Assembly (NCBI GenBank): GCA_054600435.1
Contig: BAAIJX010000009.1
Span: 124,001-188,000, forward strand
DNA from: Neophaeotheca triangularis
Taxonomy: Eukaryota
Length of the DNA stretch: 64,000 nt
Direction of reading: 5' to 3'
Position 1 is the first letter of the stretch; each line of letters begins with the position of its first letter. The notes under the pieces are model-generated. The model saw only the letters and a program-made list of their open reading frames with translations, had not been told where the DNA came from and did not search any database. The position numbers and the translations under genes were made by a program. Shown one piece after another: positions 10,186 through 21,081 of this stretch.

Positions 10186-13020
10186 ATGCCGCTCACTCGT
10201 GAAGCAGGGGGAGGAGTCAAGCTAGACGGCAGTGGACCTGGCACGGCTTCGGAAGCCGAGCAGAGCGTGCATGAGAGCGAGCTTAGCTCGACCATTAGCT
10301 TGGGGACGAGGATTGCGCGTACTGAGAGCGAGCCGGGTTCTGGGAGTGATTTGGACGAGGATGAGGATGGGGGTTCGAGGGATTCGAACAAGTTTCGCAT
10401 GCCGGAGCCTGGGAAGACGAGGTTGCATTTGAGGACGAAGGAGCCTTTGAGCCCGAGTGCGAGTTTCGCGCCTAGGAGTCCGAGAGGGGGGCAGGGCGGT
10501 TCGCCTACTACGCCGGGTAGTGCGAGGAGGGGCAGCGCGGGGATCGGGAGTCCGTTGAAAGCGGGGGGTTCGCCGGGGCAGCGACGAGGAGGAGGGGGAT
10601 GGAGTAGTAGTGAGAATGTGGGTATTGATGCGGAGTTGGTCAGTTCCGGGCTATCGCGACAGGGCTCGATTTATTCGCTCGGGCGGGTTAGCTTCACCGG
10701 ACAGCTTTCTCAGCTCACGTCTATGCGTTTGCCGGACGCGAGTACTATGGCTAAGAGGATTGCTTCGATCCCGACCTCGACGGAAGCGGCCAAGGTGCTA
10801 TCTGATTCGGCCGAGCAGATTAGGATGTGGATCAGGAAGGCGTCGGAGCTGTTGAGTGGGCTGGATGCTGAGGATGATGTTGAATGGGCTGCTGCGGGTG
10901 GAAGGGAGGGCATTGAAGAGGTGGACAAAGCGATACAGAGATTTGAGAGGCTGATACAGGTTTACATTGTGTCGATTGAAGAGCTGCAGATCCGGCCGGA
11001 TGTGACACAACTTTCTGCCGATGAGCTCACGGGCAGCGTGAGGCAGATGGAGGGCATCATCACAAGCTGGAAGAAGATCAAGCAGTCGCTGAAGGGTGTC
11101 AAAGTGAATGTGGAAATCGCCATGGAGTGGGAAGAGCTGTGGAATACCGTGCTGGGGGAGATAGCACAGGAAATGGAGGGGTTGAACAGGCTGGTGTTTG
11201 AGATGGAAGAGAAGAGGTACCAGGGCGCAGAGAGCTTGTTGAATGGCCGCGATAGCATCGACCTCAACGAGCTGGAGACGATTGTCGAAGACCATCCTGG
11301 CCGCGGTAAACGCCCAGCAAGTAATCGCTTCAGCTTTCCGAGCGCCTTTTCTACGAGCTCGTCTGTTCAGCCTCCTTCTAGTGACGACGAGACGGAGCAG
11401 TCTAGTCTGCTTGCCCTGTTTGCTCGCTTGCAACCGCTGCGTGCCTCTCTCGACTTCTTGCCTATGCGATTGTCGGTGTTCCATTGCAGAGGCAACCCTG
11501 TCTTTCCGACAGCATGCCTGGAGCTCGAGGAGCGGCGAGATCGGTTGGAGGTAGTATGGAAAAAGCTCGAAGCCGACGCGGAAGCTCTGAGACGGGAACT
11601 AGGAGAAGACCGCTGGATTTTGGTCTTTCGCAACGCCGGACGACAGGCTTTGAAAATGTGCGACTCGGTAGCTCGAAGCTTCGGAAAGCTCAAGGATGCC
11701 GTGGATTGCGGCGAGCAAACTTTCAACTATCTCGCCTTTTCGAAGAAGAATGAAAATTACGAGGCGAAAAAGACGCATTATGGCCCGGCTATTGAGAGAG
11801 TGCTGGCGATAATAGATCGTGGCGTTATGGATAGGCTTACCGTTAATGGCGAGATCCTACGGCTACAATCTGACATGAAGAGAAGGTGGACTGCTCTAAA
11901 AGGCGAGATGCGCGACATGGATCGCGTGCTCGAAGAGGTCAACATCCCCGCGAGTCGAGACAAGCAGCTTCGAGATTCCGTCAGCACAGTCATGTCGAGC
12001 GAGAGATCCGTCGGAAGCTCCATCGTGGAAACCCCGACGACGTCACCCGCAAGCAGCATTGTCGGACCCAGCGGCAAGAACAGTATTCAAGGCAGCAGAA
12101 CCCCTACACCCCTCATCAACACCCGCACCCGCCAACCCAGCTTCACCCCGGCCAGCGGCAGCAGACCCTCAACAGGCAGCAGCAGACTCCCCAGCACCGG
12201 CAGCTCCATCCCGCGGCACACCCACCTCGCCCGCCCAGACCTCTGCTCTAGCCCCTCCCCCAGCCCAGCCACAACCAACTGCCACACTCCTCCCGCCAAC
12301 TCCTCCAAACAGCCCACCCCCCCATCCCGCCCCCGCTGGCAAAACACCCCCAAATCCTCCCTCCGCGACTTCGCCCCTCTCTCAGCTTACGAACCCTCGC
12401 CGTACGCCAAAACCTCCATTGCGAAGAAAACTCCCACCCTCACTCTGCAACGGTCTCGAACCCCTACTATTCCGGCGGTGGCGACAACGCACAGCTCACC
12501 GTGCATGGCTAGAAATTTCACGTCGCCTGCGCAGCTCTCGCGACCGCCTTCTACGCTTCCCTCCGGGAGGAAGAGCTCGTTGCCCGTGCCTAGTCCGCTG
12601 GCGCCTCGCACGGTCTCGGCCGCGGGGGCGCCAGGCTTGCGATCGAGCTCGGCGCTGGCGAGGGGTCGAGACGTTGATGGCAAAGCGGTGAGGAGGAATA
12701 GTCTTCTCCCTGTGCCCGTGCCTATGCCGGTTGCGGATGGGGATGAGGCAGATATTGACGAGGCGGGTACTGGGGCGGGTTTGATGGGAGGGCAAGGAGG
12801 GAGTGGGAGGAGAGCGAGTGGAGTCAGAGCTGGGAGTGGTTTGGGGCGGAGGGGTGAGGGGTGTTTTGTCGGGGAAGAGGCCGGCTTGCCTAAGGTGGCG
12901 AGTGCAGGGAGGATGAGTAGTTTGCTCCCTGTGACACGCGGCGCGGGGAGTCGGTTGGGTTTTGAAGGGAAAGGGGTCGAGGATGCGGGGGTTGGGGCTG
13001 GGCGGCCGAGGTGGAGGTGA
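10186..13020 (+). CDS. KAR9: Karyogamy/spindle-orientation protein, KAR9 family
   Basis: 944-aa ORF with a helical core (AGGREGIEEVDKAIQRFERLI; EWEELWNTVLGEI; LRASLDFLPMRL; LGEDRWILVFRNAGRQA) and a basic S/P-rich tail containing SxIP/SxLP EB1-binding-like motifs (SSIP, SRLP, SSLP, SLLP). True start uncertain; a candidate 5'UTR intron lies at 9703-9901. Confidence 0.8.
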   Translation: MPLTREAGGGVKLDGSGPGTASEAEQSVHESELSSTISLGTRIARTESEPGSGSDLDEDEDGGSRDSNKFRMPEPGKTRLHLRTKEPLSPSASFAPRSPRGGQGGSPTTPGSARRGSAGIGSPLKAGGSPGQRRGGGGWSSSENVGIDAELVSSGLSRQGSIYSLGRVSFTGQLSQLTSMRLPDASTMAKRIASIPTSTEAAKVLSDSAEQIRMWIRKASELLSGLDAEDDVEWAAAGGREGIEEVDKAIQRFERLIQVYIVSIEELQIRPDVTQLSADELTGSVRQMEGIITSWKKIKQSLKGVKVNVEIAMEWEELWNTVLGEIAQEMEGLNRLVFEMEEKRYQGAESLLNGRDSIDLNELETIVEDHPGRGKRPASNRFSFPSAFSTSSSVQPPSSDDETEQSSLLALFARLQPLRASLDFLPMRLSVFHCRGNPVFPTACLELEERRDRLEVVWKKLEADAEALRRELGEDRWILVFRNAGRQALKMCDSVARSFGKLKDAVDCGEQTFNYLAFSKKNENYEAKKTHYGPAIERVLAIIDRGVMDRLTVNGEILRLQSDMKRRWTALKGEMRDMDRVLEEVNIPASRDKQLRDSVSTVMSSERSVGSSIVETPTTSPASSIVGPSGKNSIQGSRTPTPLINTRTRQPSFTPASGSRPSTGSSRLPSTGSSIPRHTHLARPDLCSSPSPSPATTNCHTPPANSSKQPTPPSRPRWQNTPKSSLRDFAPLSAYEPSPYAKTSIAKKTPTLTLQRSRTPTIPAVATTHSSPCMARNFTSPAQLSRPPSTLPSGRKSSLPVPSPLAPRTVSAAGAPGLRSSSALARGRDVDGKAVRRNSLLPVPVPMPVADGDEADIDEAGTGAGLMGGQGGSGRRASGVRAGSGLGRRGEGCFVGEEAGLPKVASAGRMSSLLPVTRGAGSRLGFEGKGVEDAGVGAGRPRWR

Positions 13021-13821
13021 GGACGTACTGACGCCGAGTGATCTGAAAATTTCGTGGCCAGTATGCGTTTCTCGTCGGGTGCTGGTGGGGTTAAGACAAC
13101 GGGGAAAGAGGATCCATCGACGTTGCTGCACCGCGTGGTCGTTTTGCGTTGTGTGGAGTAGGGAGGACCCGAGACTAGAGCCGACAAGGCTAAGTTAATG
13201 TATGTATGAGTTAATGTACCATCCAAATGATATATAATACAGCGTGTCTGGTTCAAGGAGTGTGCTTGCTGATGTACAGATTGCGTCGTTTCGCAAGCCT
13301 AATAGTGGCCCTCTCTGCGCCATGAGCACTTCGATGCCAGGATCGCGATAGCGTGGCTACAATGAATGATAAGGCCGACTTCCGCTACCTTTGGGAGGGA
13401 AGGTGCTACGCTTTGGGCGAGGCCCAAGTCACGTTGCAGACATGCTTGATAACCGAGGAAAAACGCAACAACATAGGCCACCATCGGGGGTTTCAGGTGC
13501 TGCGAGAATCGCGAGCCCCCGTGGTTCAATTCCAATACCGGCGTCTCGAGCACACTTTAGCCATCGACGACGGGGCGCGACAAGACCCAGACCCAGACTC
13601 ATTCATAAAGAACGCAGTGCACAAACGCATGCTCTGGTTAAATGAATAATCAGAAAAAGCCCATTCGTAGCATCGTCAACGGTACACCTCCGCCCCCCGA
13701 CAAAACCCAGCAAAACTAATAAAAGCCCTTACCTCCTCGCCATCACAGCCACCCACATCCTCCCCCAACGCCCTCTCTTCCATCCCCCCCTCCGCTCAAA
13801 AGAACAAAACCCCCCTAGCTC

Positions 13822-14181
13822 TTACGCCCCAACCTCGCGATCCATATCCTTCTCGCCCCCATATCCCGCAGCCTTCCTCTCGCCCTTGGCGCCCAAACTC
13901 CCCTGCTCCCCCCCATTTCCCGCAACCCCCCCGTTAACCTCGGGCTTCGTGAAACCCGCCATCCCGCCCTCGCTAATCGTCTGCCCGTACCGTACATTCT
14001 CGGCGGTTTTGGCGCCGCGCTCGGCCGTCTCTTGGGCCGCCGTTTCGGGTTTGCTGTCCACTGCGGTTGAAGGGTTGCCCATTTGGCCGCCGGACTTGGC
14101 GTGCGGGTCCATGTGTGTGGCGATGGATTCGTATTGCGTTTGTTCGCCGCCTGGGTCCGTGGTCATTAGGTCTTTGGACAT
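13822..14181 (-). CDS. Small hydrophilic hypothetical protein (119 aa)
   Basis: ATG in context (ccaaaATGtc). Protein-like motifs AENVRYGQTISEGGMAG and C-terminal GYGGEKDMDREVGA. Confidence 0.7.
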   Translation of the reverse strand: MSKDLMTTDPGGEQTQYESIATHMDPHAKSGGQMGNPSTAVDSKPETAAQETAERGAKTAENVRYGQTISEGGMAGFTKPEVNGGVAGNGGEQGSLGAKGERKAAGYGGEKDMDREVGA

Positions 14182-14564
14182 TTTGGGTTGTTTGGTGGAG
14201 GAGGGTTGTGTCGGTGGTGGTGGGGCGAGATGTGAGGGTCTGGTTGTGCGGCGTTTTCAGTTTTGGTGAAGCTCTGGGTGGTGAGGATTGAGGTCGTGTT
14301 GTTTGGCAGAGGGCAGTGATTTTGGGTAGTAGCAGTATGGAAGGGTTGGTTGAATGAGGAGCTGTAAACATTGAATTCGACTGCATGTAGTTGAGCCATG
14401 ACGCAGGCGCGGGGCTTCAAGCAAACATCCCAGCCTACCCACCACCTGCATCTGAGGTGCCCTCCCGTCGTCCACCATGCCACCCTTGCAGATTATTGTA
14501 AACGCCACGCTAAACCCTGAGCAAGACAAGAAGGCCAGCCATTGACCACGTATTATACAGCAAT

Positions 14565-15966
14565 CTAATCGTCAAAGAAGTCCATATCCATGCCCATGAG
14601 GTGTCTGTATTCAAGTGTTAGCTTACAGTTTGCGAAGCTGAGGTTGTTCCATATGCGGCTTACCCTTCGTAGAGACGCATGAACTTGGCCACAAAGGCCT
14701 CGAGGTGGAAGATGACTTTCTAGGAGACTGTTAGCGGATCGTACGAACAATCAATCGACCGTGGTGACCTACGCTTCCCATCCGTATCCTGTGTTCGTAA
14801 AAGGCGCTCCACTTGATCACGTCGGTCTTCAAGCTATCATCAATCTTCGGCATGAGTTTGAAGGTGAGTGTCTACAAGCATTAGCGTTTTGACCTTTGAA
14901 CCATGGCAGTTCCGATATATAATACCTTGAGAATGGTAGTCGCAGGTATGCAATGCGTCAAGAGATCGTAGAGCTTCGCCCTAGCCTGCAGAATTCGAGC
15001 AGGAGTTCGCTCTTCGACGATCTCTCGCGCGATAACCTCGATCAAAGCCTCCCAGTCTGGTGGTGGAATTGGCGTCTTCTCGTTGATATTCTCGCTGTAA
15101 TGAGGGTCAGCGGTGCTCCAATCACTATGTCCACTCATTCGTGGCTTACTTCTGCGCGTGCACCGCTTCGAACATGAGTAATGCTCGTCTCAAGTTCCTC
15201 CCACTATCCTTTGCTATGCGCTTCTCCAGCGGCTCACAGCTCTTGTAACCTTCCTTCTTCCCAGCCTTTGCTAGTGCTTCGGCTATCTCCTGCTCGGTCG
15301 GCGCGGCAACCCTGACAAGCAGGCATCTACTACGAATAGGCGCAATGATATTGCTTGTGCTGTTGGCCAGTAGTATTAGTCGGAGATTTGGCGAGTATTT
15401 TTCCATTGTCCTTCTCAGCGCTGCTTGCGCATCTCTGGTCAAGTGGTCGGCCTCATTGATGACGACGACTTTGAAGCGTTGTTTGGCTGCGAGATCGACT
15501 TGTTGTGTCTGTGCGACTTCCTTGAGCAGGTCTTGAATGACCACGCGATCGTAATTCGCGACATCTGAGGGCGTGATTTCGAGGTGATAGTTTGAGGAGA
15601 CGATGTTGAATTCGAGCTTGCGGTTGCTATGGTACGGCTTGTCAGTACCTCCTCTCCTGTAGATATGTGTGAGAACCTACCTGGTGGTTTGGAAGACCCT
15701 GCTGTCTATCTTGATCTTCTCTACGCCTGGCCCGTACAGAGCTCGTAGTGTCGCCGTGATTCTTGTTTTCTTACCAGCGCCGGACGGACCATAGATTAGG
15801 AGGTGAGGAAAATCTCCGCTGGCAGCCTATCTTGAAGCATTAGCGACGGGCCTGTCGATTATGAATAATATCCACTCACCAAAGATCGCAATCGCTCAGA
15901 GAGGTCCGGGTGGTAGGAGAGCGTCTCCAGTGTGCGCGGGCGATGCTTGTCCACGAGCAGCGCCAT
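14565..15966 (-). CDS. RFC5: Replication factor C subunit 5; 7 exons: 15966-15880, 15826-15681, 15626-15150, 15094-14926, 14871-14773, 14719-14664, 14604-14565 (357 aa)
   Basis: Six canonical 53-59-nt introns give an intact frame: MALLVDKHRP..., Walker A PHLLIYGPSGAGKKT, VVVINEADHLTRDAQAALRRTMEKY, PIRSRC, KVIFHLEAFVAKFM. Confidence 0.95.
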
Positions 15967-16061
15967 CTTGACTTCGAGTTACCGGGAACAGGAATCGCTG
16001 TCAAATTGTTCGCTGTCAAAGTGTAGTGTCTTTCGACTCAAGAGTTGTTCAAGTCGTCGAG

Positions 16062-16100
16062 GACGCGCGCTCCGCGTTGAGAGCAACGCGGTATCACGTG
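16062..16100. promoter_or_regulatory. Cluster of MCB-like (ACGCG/CGCGT) elements upstream of RFC5
   Basis: gACGCGcgctcCGCGTtgagagcaACGCGgtatCACGTG about 100-135 bp upstream of the RFC5 ATG. MBF control of replication genes is established in ascomycetes; function here is inferred. Confidence 0.5.
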
Positions 16101-18311
16101 CGCCAAGACAGCCGGTTTCCGTCTTCTCGCCATGGCGGTCCACCGTTCTACACGACATGCTCACCAACTAAGGTATAGGTACTATGTAGCTTTACGGCAT
16201 TCAGCTTTCTGACTTTCAACGAATGCTTTGCTTGGCTTGAGCATTGACGACATGGAACGCCATCGCATGGGGTGGACTTCCCGGACTAAGGCAGAGGCGA
16301 TGCCTTCACAGCCGCCTTCCATGGCAGCGACGCTTTGATGCACTCTCATGCTCACACTGCTGAGAGACGCCGCTCTTCGGTTTCCGGCTTGAAGGGCCAT
16401 TCAAATTCAATACAAGGGCAATAGGCACTTCCAGGCTGTGCTGTTCTTGTATCTCCACCTGCCCGTCTGCATTTCGATGGACCCGAGTTTTGAGGGTCCC
16501 GTCGGTTGTCGAGGACACGCACGCCGAGCGGAACTCATCCATCCGGACCGGTGGAACATGATGATCCGCAAGTTTAGCAGGAAGAAAGACCCTTCTTTAC
16601 CCGTTCTTAGCAAACTTCGCACCCCACGCCCGTGAAGTGTCACCGAGATACTATTGCCCTTGCCCTTTTGGGGCCTTCTATCTACGTCCAAGCTGAGTGT
16701 CTGATGACGGAACGACCACCTTTCCGAGGAGAAAGAGCTACAAACTTTCATGAGCAGCACATCCAGCATTGGTGGCAACCAGGTATGTCTTCATGACATT
16801 CCGATATGATCATGTAGACGCCAGGTAGAACGCTACAACGTAGCTCGATCAACTATACAAATGTTCTCATGAGCTCCCTTTGTCCTCTCTTTCAATGATT
16901 TCATCAGCTCGACTCTCACGCCAAACATCATCCCAGTAGACTGCCAATCAGCTCACGAGGCAAACCATCAAAGCCTCAAGAAGCCATCCATTCGTTCGCT
17001 GTCTTCGCCGTCCTAGCTCTACTCGCCATTGCCATGGGCTCGCTCGTCCTCACACAGCTACTAGTGGTGCTTTCAGGCTTTTTGACCGTCTTTGCTGCCT
17101 CTCGCGTGACTTGGGAGCTTCTACATGTTGCGGTTCGAGGAATGCATTGGTCCCTTTGACATTCCTCCGGTTCTGAAGACAATGCGTCGGAGTGTCCAAG
17201 CGACGTCATAAGGCGGGATATCCCGTATTACTCAAGGCGCGCGCGGCGGACGCTATATGGGACGGTAACGGCGTACGTGACGGTGCCAACTTTGGCGTTT
17301 GGTTTCACCATCGCGCTCATACTTCAGGGTGCTATGTTGGGAGATTGAATTGATTACGAGCCATGGTATAGAATCAACGAATCGTAATGGCCCAATCGTA
17401 AGCCTAGATTATCCTGGAATAAAGGAATGCGGTGGATGGAGAACGCGTCGGCAACGGAAGCCTATCAGTTTGGGACCACCGAGTGTCGAGGGTGTTGGCT
17501 TCGAGAGCACCGAGGCGCCAACCGTTGCCGTTCACGCTGAGGGGCATCGCTGTTCGATTATCGCGAGAGCTGGGGTAGTAGGTGGCCGGCGTTCTTTTGC
17601 CACTTACCGCAAGCACTATTCCCGCGCTGCTATGCACGTGGATGCAAATATCAAACGTTGCCACTGCTGCCAGAGCCAAAAGGGGCAGCTTTAGAATATC
17701 CCCAATAATTGGAGGAAAGTTTTACCTTGAGGTCCATTCAAGCAGGAACCTGGAACTCGGTTCTGTTGATCTACCTGGAATCAGCAAACCAGTCGTCCTC
17801 GCGGGCTACAATCTTGCTCAAGTTTTGGAGCTCCCTAGCGATGTCGTCCCTTGGGCAGCTGGAGTTGTGTTTGACAGTTGAGCCATATTAACCTTACCGT
17901 ATTTCGCATGACCTCGGCGTAGACCGACAGTCATGCGCACATTATGGTCCGTCGGCGCAACCTTGTACCTGTCGATCTTCGAGAACGTCGAAGAGGTGAA
18001 GTCAAGACACGTGCCAAGGCCCGCTCGCATCACGTGTTGGAACAAAGAGCTGATCGACCTCGGGACGCTTTCGGCTGCCATCTGAAGCCAGTCGCCCAGT
18101 ACCTCAATCTTCGCACGTAGAATTGTGTACAGCAACCCAACAGACACTTTGCCCTTCCCCCCCCCCTCCCCCCTTTCGGCTTGTAGAAGAAAACAATGAA
18201 GCCTCTTTCACCACTCCACAGGCGTAAGTACATCATCGACTCTCATCAAACTTCTTACTCTCCTTGAAGCATTCGCTACGCGACCGGACCTCATTCGTTC
18301 TCGCTGTCGAC

Positions 18312-19355
18312 ATGTCGCGTGCCCTGACCAAAAGCCTCGCGAGAGGCCTACCCGCCTTGTCCAAAGAGCAGTCTACGAGTTCACGAAAACTACCCTGCCT
18401 CTACGATATCCGGTCCTCGCAAAGCCAACCACGAAACCATGCGCAACCCCAAGGCCTTCGTCACTCTTCCCACTCCCCTCTCGGCACGGCGTCGCCAACA
18501 CGAAAGAAAGTCACTCTCCCAACGCTCCAAGCCATGCACAAACGACAAGAGCCCATCACCATGATCACCGCGCACGACTTCCCCTCCGCACACGTCGCCG
18601 ACCAAGCGGGCATGGACATGGTGCTCGTCGGCGACAGCCTGGCAATGGTGGCCATGGGCATGGAAGACACGAGCGAAGTGCTGCTCGAGGAGATGATCCT
18701 GCACTGCCGGAGCGTAGCCCGGGGTGCCAAGGGCGCTTTCATCGTCGGGGATCTTCCCATGGGGAGCTATGAGGTCAGTGCCGAGCAGGCGCTGCAGTCG
18801 AGTATTAAGATGATCAAGCAGGGCAGGGTTCATGGTATTAAGCTCGAGGGAGGCGAGGAGATGGTGCCGGCGATTGAGAAGATTACTACGGCCGGGATAC
18901 CTGTGTTGGCGCATGTTGGGCTCACGCCGCAGAGGCAGAATGCGCTGGGGGGGTTCAAGGTGCAGGGCAAGTCGACAGCCGGGGCGATGAGGCTGCTGCA
19001 AGATGCCATGGCCGTGGAGGAAGCCGGTGCGTTTGCTGTTGTGCTTGAAGCTGTGCCCGCGGAGGTTGCGGCGTTGGTGACGAAGAAGTTGAGCATACCG
19101 ACGATTGGGATCGGTGCTGGGAATGGCTGCTCGGGTCAGGTGTTGGTTCAGGTCGATATGTCGGGCAACTTCCCGCCGGGGAGGTTTCTGCCCAAATTTG
19201 TAAAAAAGTACGGCGATGTCTGGGGTGAATCAATGCGCGCTCTCCAGACATACAAGGCGGAAGTGAAAGATCGAAGCTATCCTGCGCCGGAGCATACCTA
19301 CCCGATGTCATCGACGGAGTATGCCGAGTTTGAGCGCATCGTCGACAACATTTAA
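18312..19355 (+). CDS. ECM31: 3-methyl-2-oxobutanoate (ketopantoate) hydroxymethyltransferase, mitochondrial
   Basis: PanB motifs ITMITAHDFPSA, LVGDSLAMV, GDLPMGSYE, IKLEGG, HVGLTPQ, PTIGIGAG. R/S-rich presequence after ATG 18312. Confidence 0.95.
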   Translation: MSRALTKSLARGLPALSKEQSTSSRKLPCLYDIRSSQSQPRNHAQPQGLRHSSHSPLGTASPTRKKVTLPTLQAMHKRQEPITMITAHDFPSAHVADQAGMDMVLVGDSLAMVAMGMEDTSEVLLEEMILHCRSVARGAKGAFIVGDLPMGSYEVSAEQALQSSIKMIKQGRVHGIKLEGGEEMVPAIEKITTAGIPVLAHVGLTPQRQNALGGFKVQGKSTAGAMRLLQDAMAVEEAGAFAVVLEAVPAEVAALVTKKLSIPTIGIGAGNGCSGQVLVQVDMSGNFPPGRFLPKFVKKYGDVWGESMRALQTYKAEVKDRSYPAPEHTYPMSSTEYAEFERIVDNI

Positions 19356-19562
19356 AAACACAGCCGATGCGGCGCGGAGACTGGGACTGATAGGCGTTGC
19401 ACGGGGTAGCGGCTGGCATCGCTGGCGTTTTTCGATACATTCCAGATCGGTGCATATCCTTTAGCGTTTGAAATACCAAAGCCCCTGTTTTCGGTCAGTG
19501 TCTGCGCACTAGTAGTAGCTCTCACGTCTCCACCATACTTCACATCGCCCACACCCATCTGC

Positions 19563-20211
19563 TCACCCAAACGCTTGCGAAACGCTGTAATTGACAACCA
19601 GCTCATCGCCCGTCTTGAAACACTGCAACGGAGACAGCACACATTAGCAATTGATCCAGTCCAAACCGATTCCAGCCCATGCTTCCCCCATTCCACTCTG
19701 TCGCCCATCGGGCGCCCATGGGAAGATTACAAACTCACCCTCCAAAGATTCCCCACCCCCTCGTCCAACCCCGGGGCAAAAGTAGAATTGACGTAACAAA
19801 AAACACTCTCAGACTCCTTGAGCAGCATCTTGCGCCGCACAAACCTAACGACGAATTCGAACTGCTGCGAGCTCGAGCACATGAAGCGCGGGGCCGAGAG
19901 CGCCGGCGTGTTGGGCAGCGGCGAGAGGCGGATTTTGACTACAACAAGGGGTTGGTTAGAGGCGAGAGGATGACCGGGGGGTTTTTCGGTTTCGGTTTGG
20001 TGCGGTTTGGGCAACAAACGGGGGCGGACGTACCTTTTGTTTGTGGGGGCGTGCCGGCGGTCTGGAGCGCTTGTTGGGCGGTTTGGGGGAGTTGGTCGAG
20101 GAGGACGGAGGCGGCTAGGGGGAGTGGGAGGTCGGTGGGTTGGTCGGAGGATGCGCTGGAGCTGGGGTCGTCGGGCGAGGTTGGCGCTGAGGTGTGGTGC
20201 TGAGTTGTCAT
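19563..20211 (-). CDS. ATG12: Ubiquitin-like autophagy protein Atg12; exons 20211-20034, 19938-19739, 19622-19563
   Basis: Spliced product DLPLPLAASVLL...VKIRLSPLPNTPAL...FEFVVRFVRRK...[41 protein letters not shown], ending in the conjugating Gly. Introns of 95 and 116 nt have canonical signals. Confidence 0.92.
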
Positions 20212-21081
20212 GGTTTTAATCTCTTTTGTCTTTTAATTGGGTTGAGTCGGGTCTAGTCGAATTGAATGAGTTGGGTGCTATTGGGGTTAGGGGTGAGGTT
20301 GGGGTTTTGACGCTGGATGTTTGTGTAGGCGGGTTTTGACGGAGAATGTCTCTACGAAGTGCGAAGCAGCTAGTGGTCGATGACTGGTTTGATGTAAATA
20401 TTCGCGGAAGATCGCCTCGTAGCAGGATCTAGGCCGTGAATATTTGACGCAATCGGCGGTGGTTTGGCGACTGTTGTGGTTTGTATGATTTACAAGGCGA
20501 GGTGAACGCCACGACTTGATTGGAAAGGCACGCTCAAGCTTGACCTCACTTCCTTCCCTCCACATAGGAGGTACAAAAGAAAAAAAATCCAAGCGAGGGA
20601 CCTCTTTTCGTATCAAATTGTTTACCAATTATGTACACGCTACAATAAGACGTCGTGGGCCTTACTAAAATGACCCCATCAAGATACGTAGCTAGCACTC
20701 TGATGAGAGCCCACCCCGGCACACCCTCATCCCACGACCACCGTCGCCGCCATCATCTAACTCATACTCCATTAACCGATTGAAAGTCAAGAGGGAAAAT
20801 ATTTTGCAAGGATGCAGATGCTTGTCTCAATTTCAAGCATTGCCGCTCCTTAAAAAGGCGCCATCGCTATGCTTCGGAGGCGTATCATAGAAGAGCAAAA
20901 GCTGATCGCTGTGAACCCAAAGTAAAAAGTGGTATTCCGTGCTGAAATAAACCAAAACCGCCGGATGCCAACGCCGCCAATGTGGTGCTGTCATAGTCGT
21001 TGGGACAAACAAATGAAATGCTATATGCCGCAGAGGTTTCTCGTGTATGAGATTAGGTGATGTCGTCGTGATGGGAACGCT

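Noticed and set aside
12387..13256. Long antisense and alternative-frame ORFs over KAR9 (and similar ones over ECM31, the FF gene and the secreted gene)
   Set aside because: Expected shadow ORFs in GC-rich, skewed coding DNA; no domain signatures.
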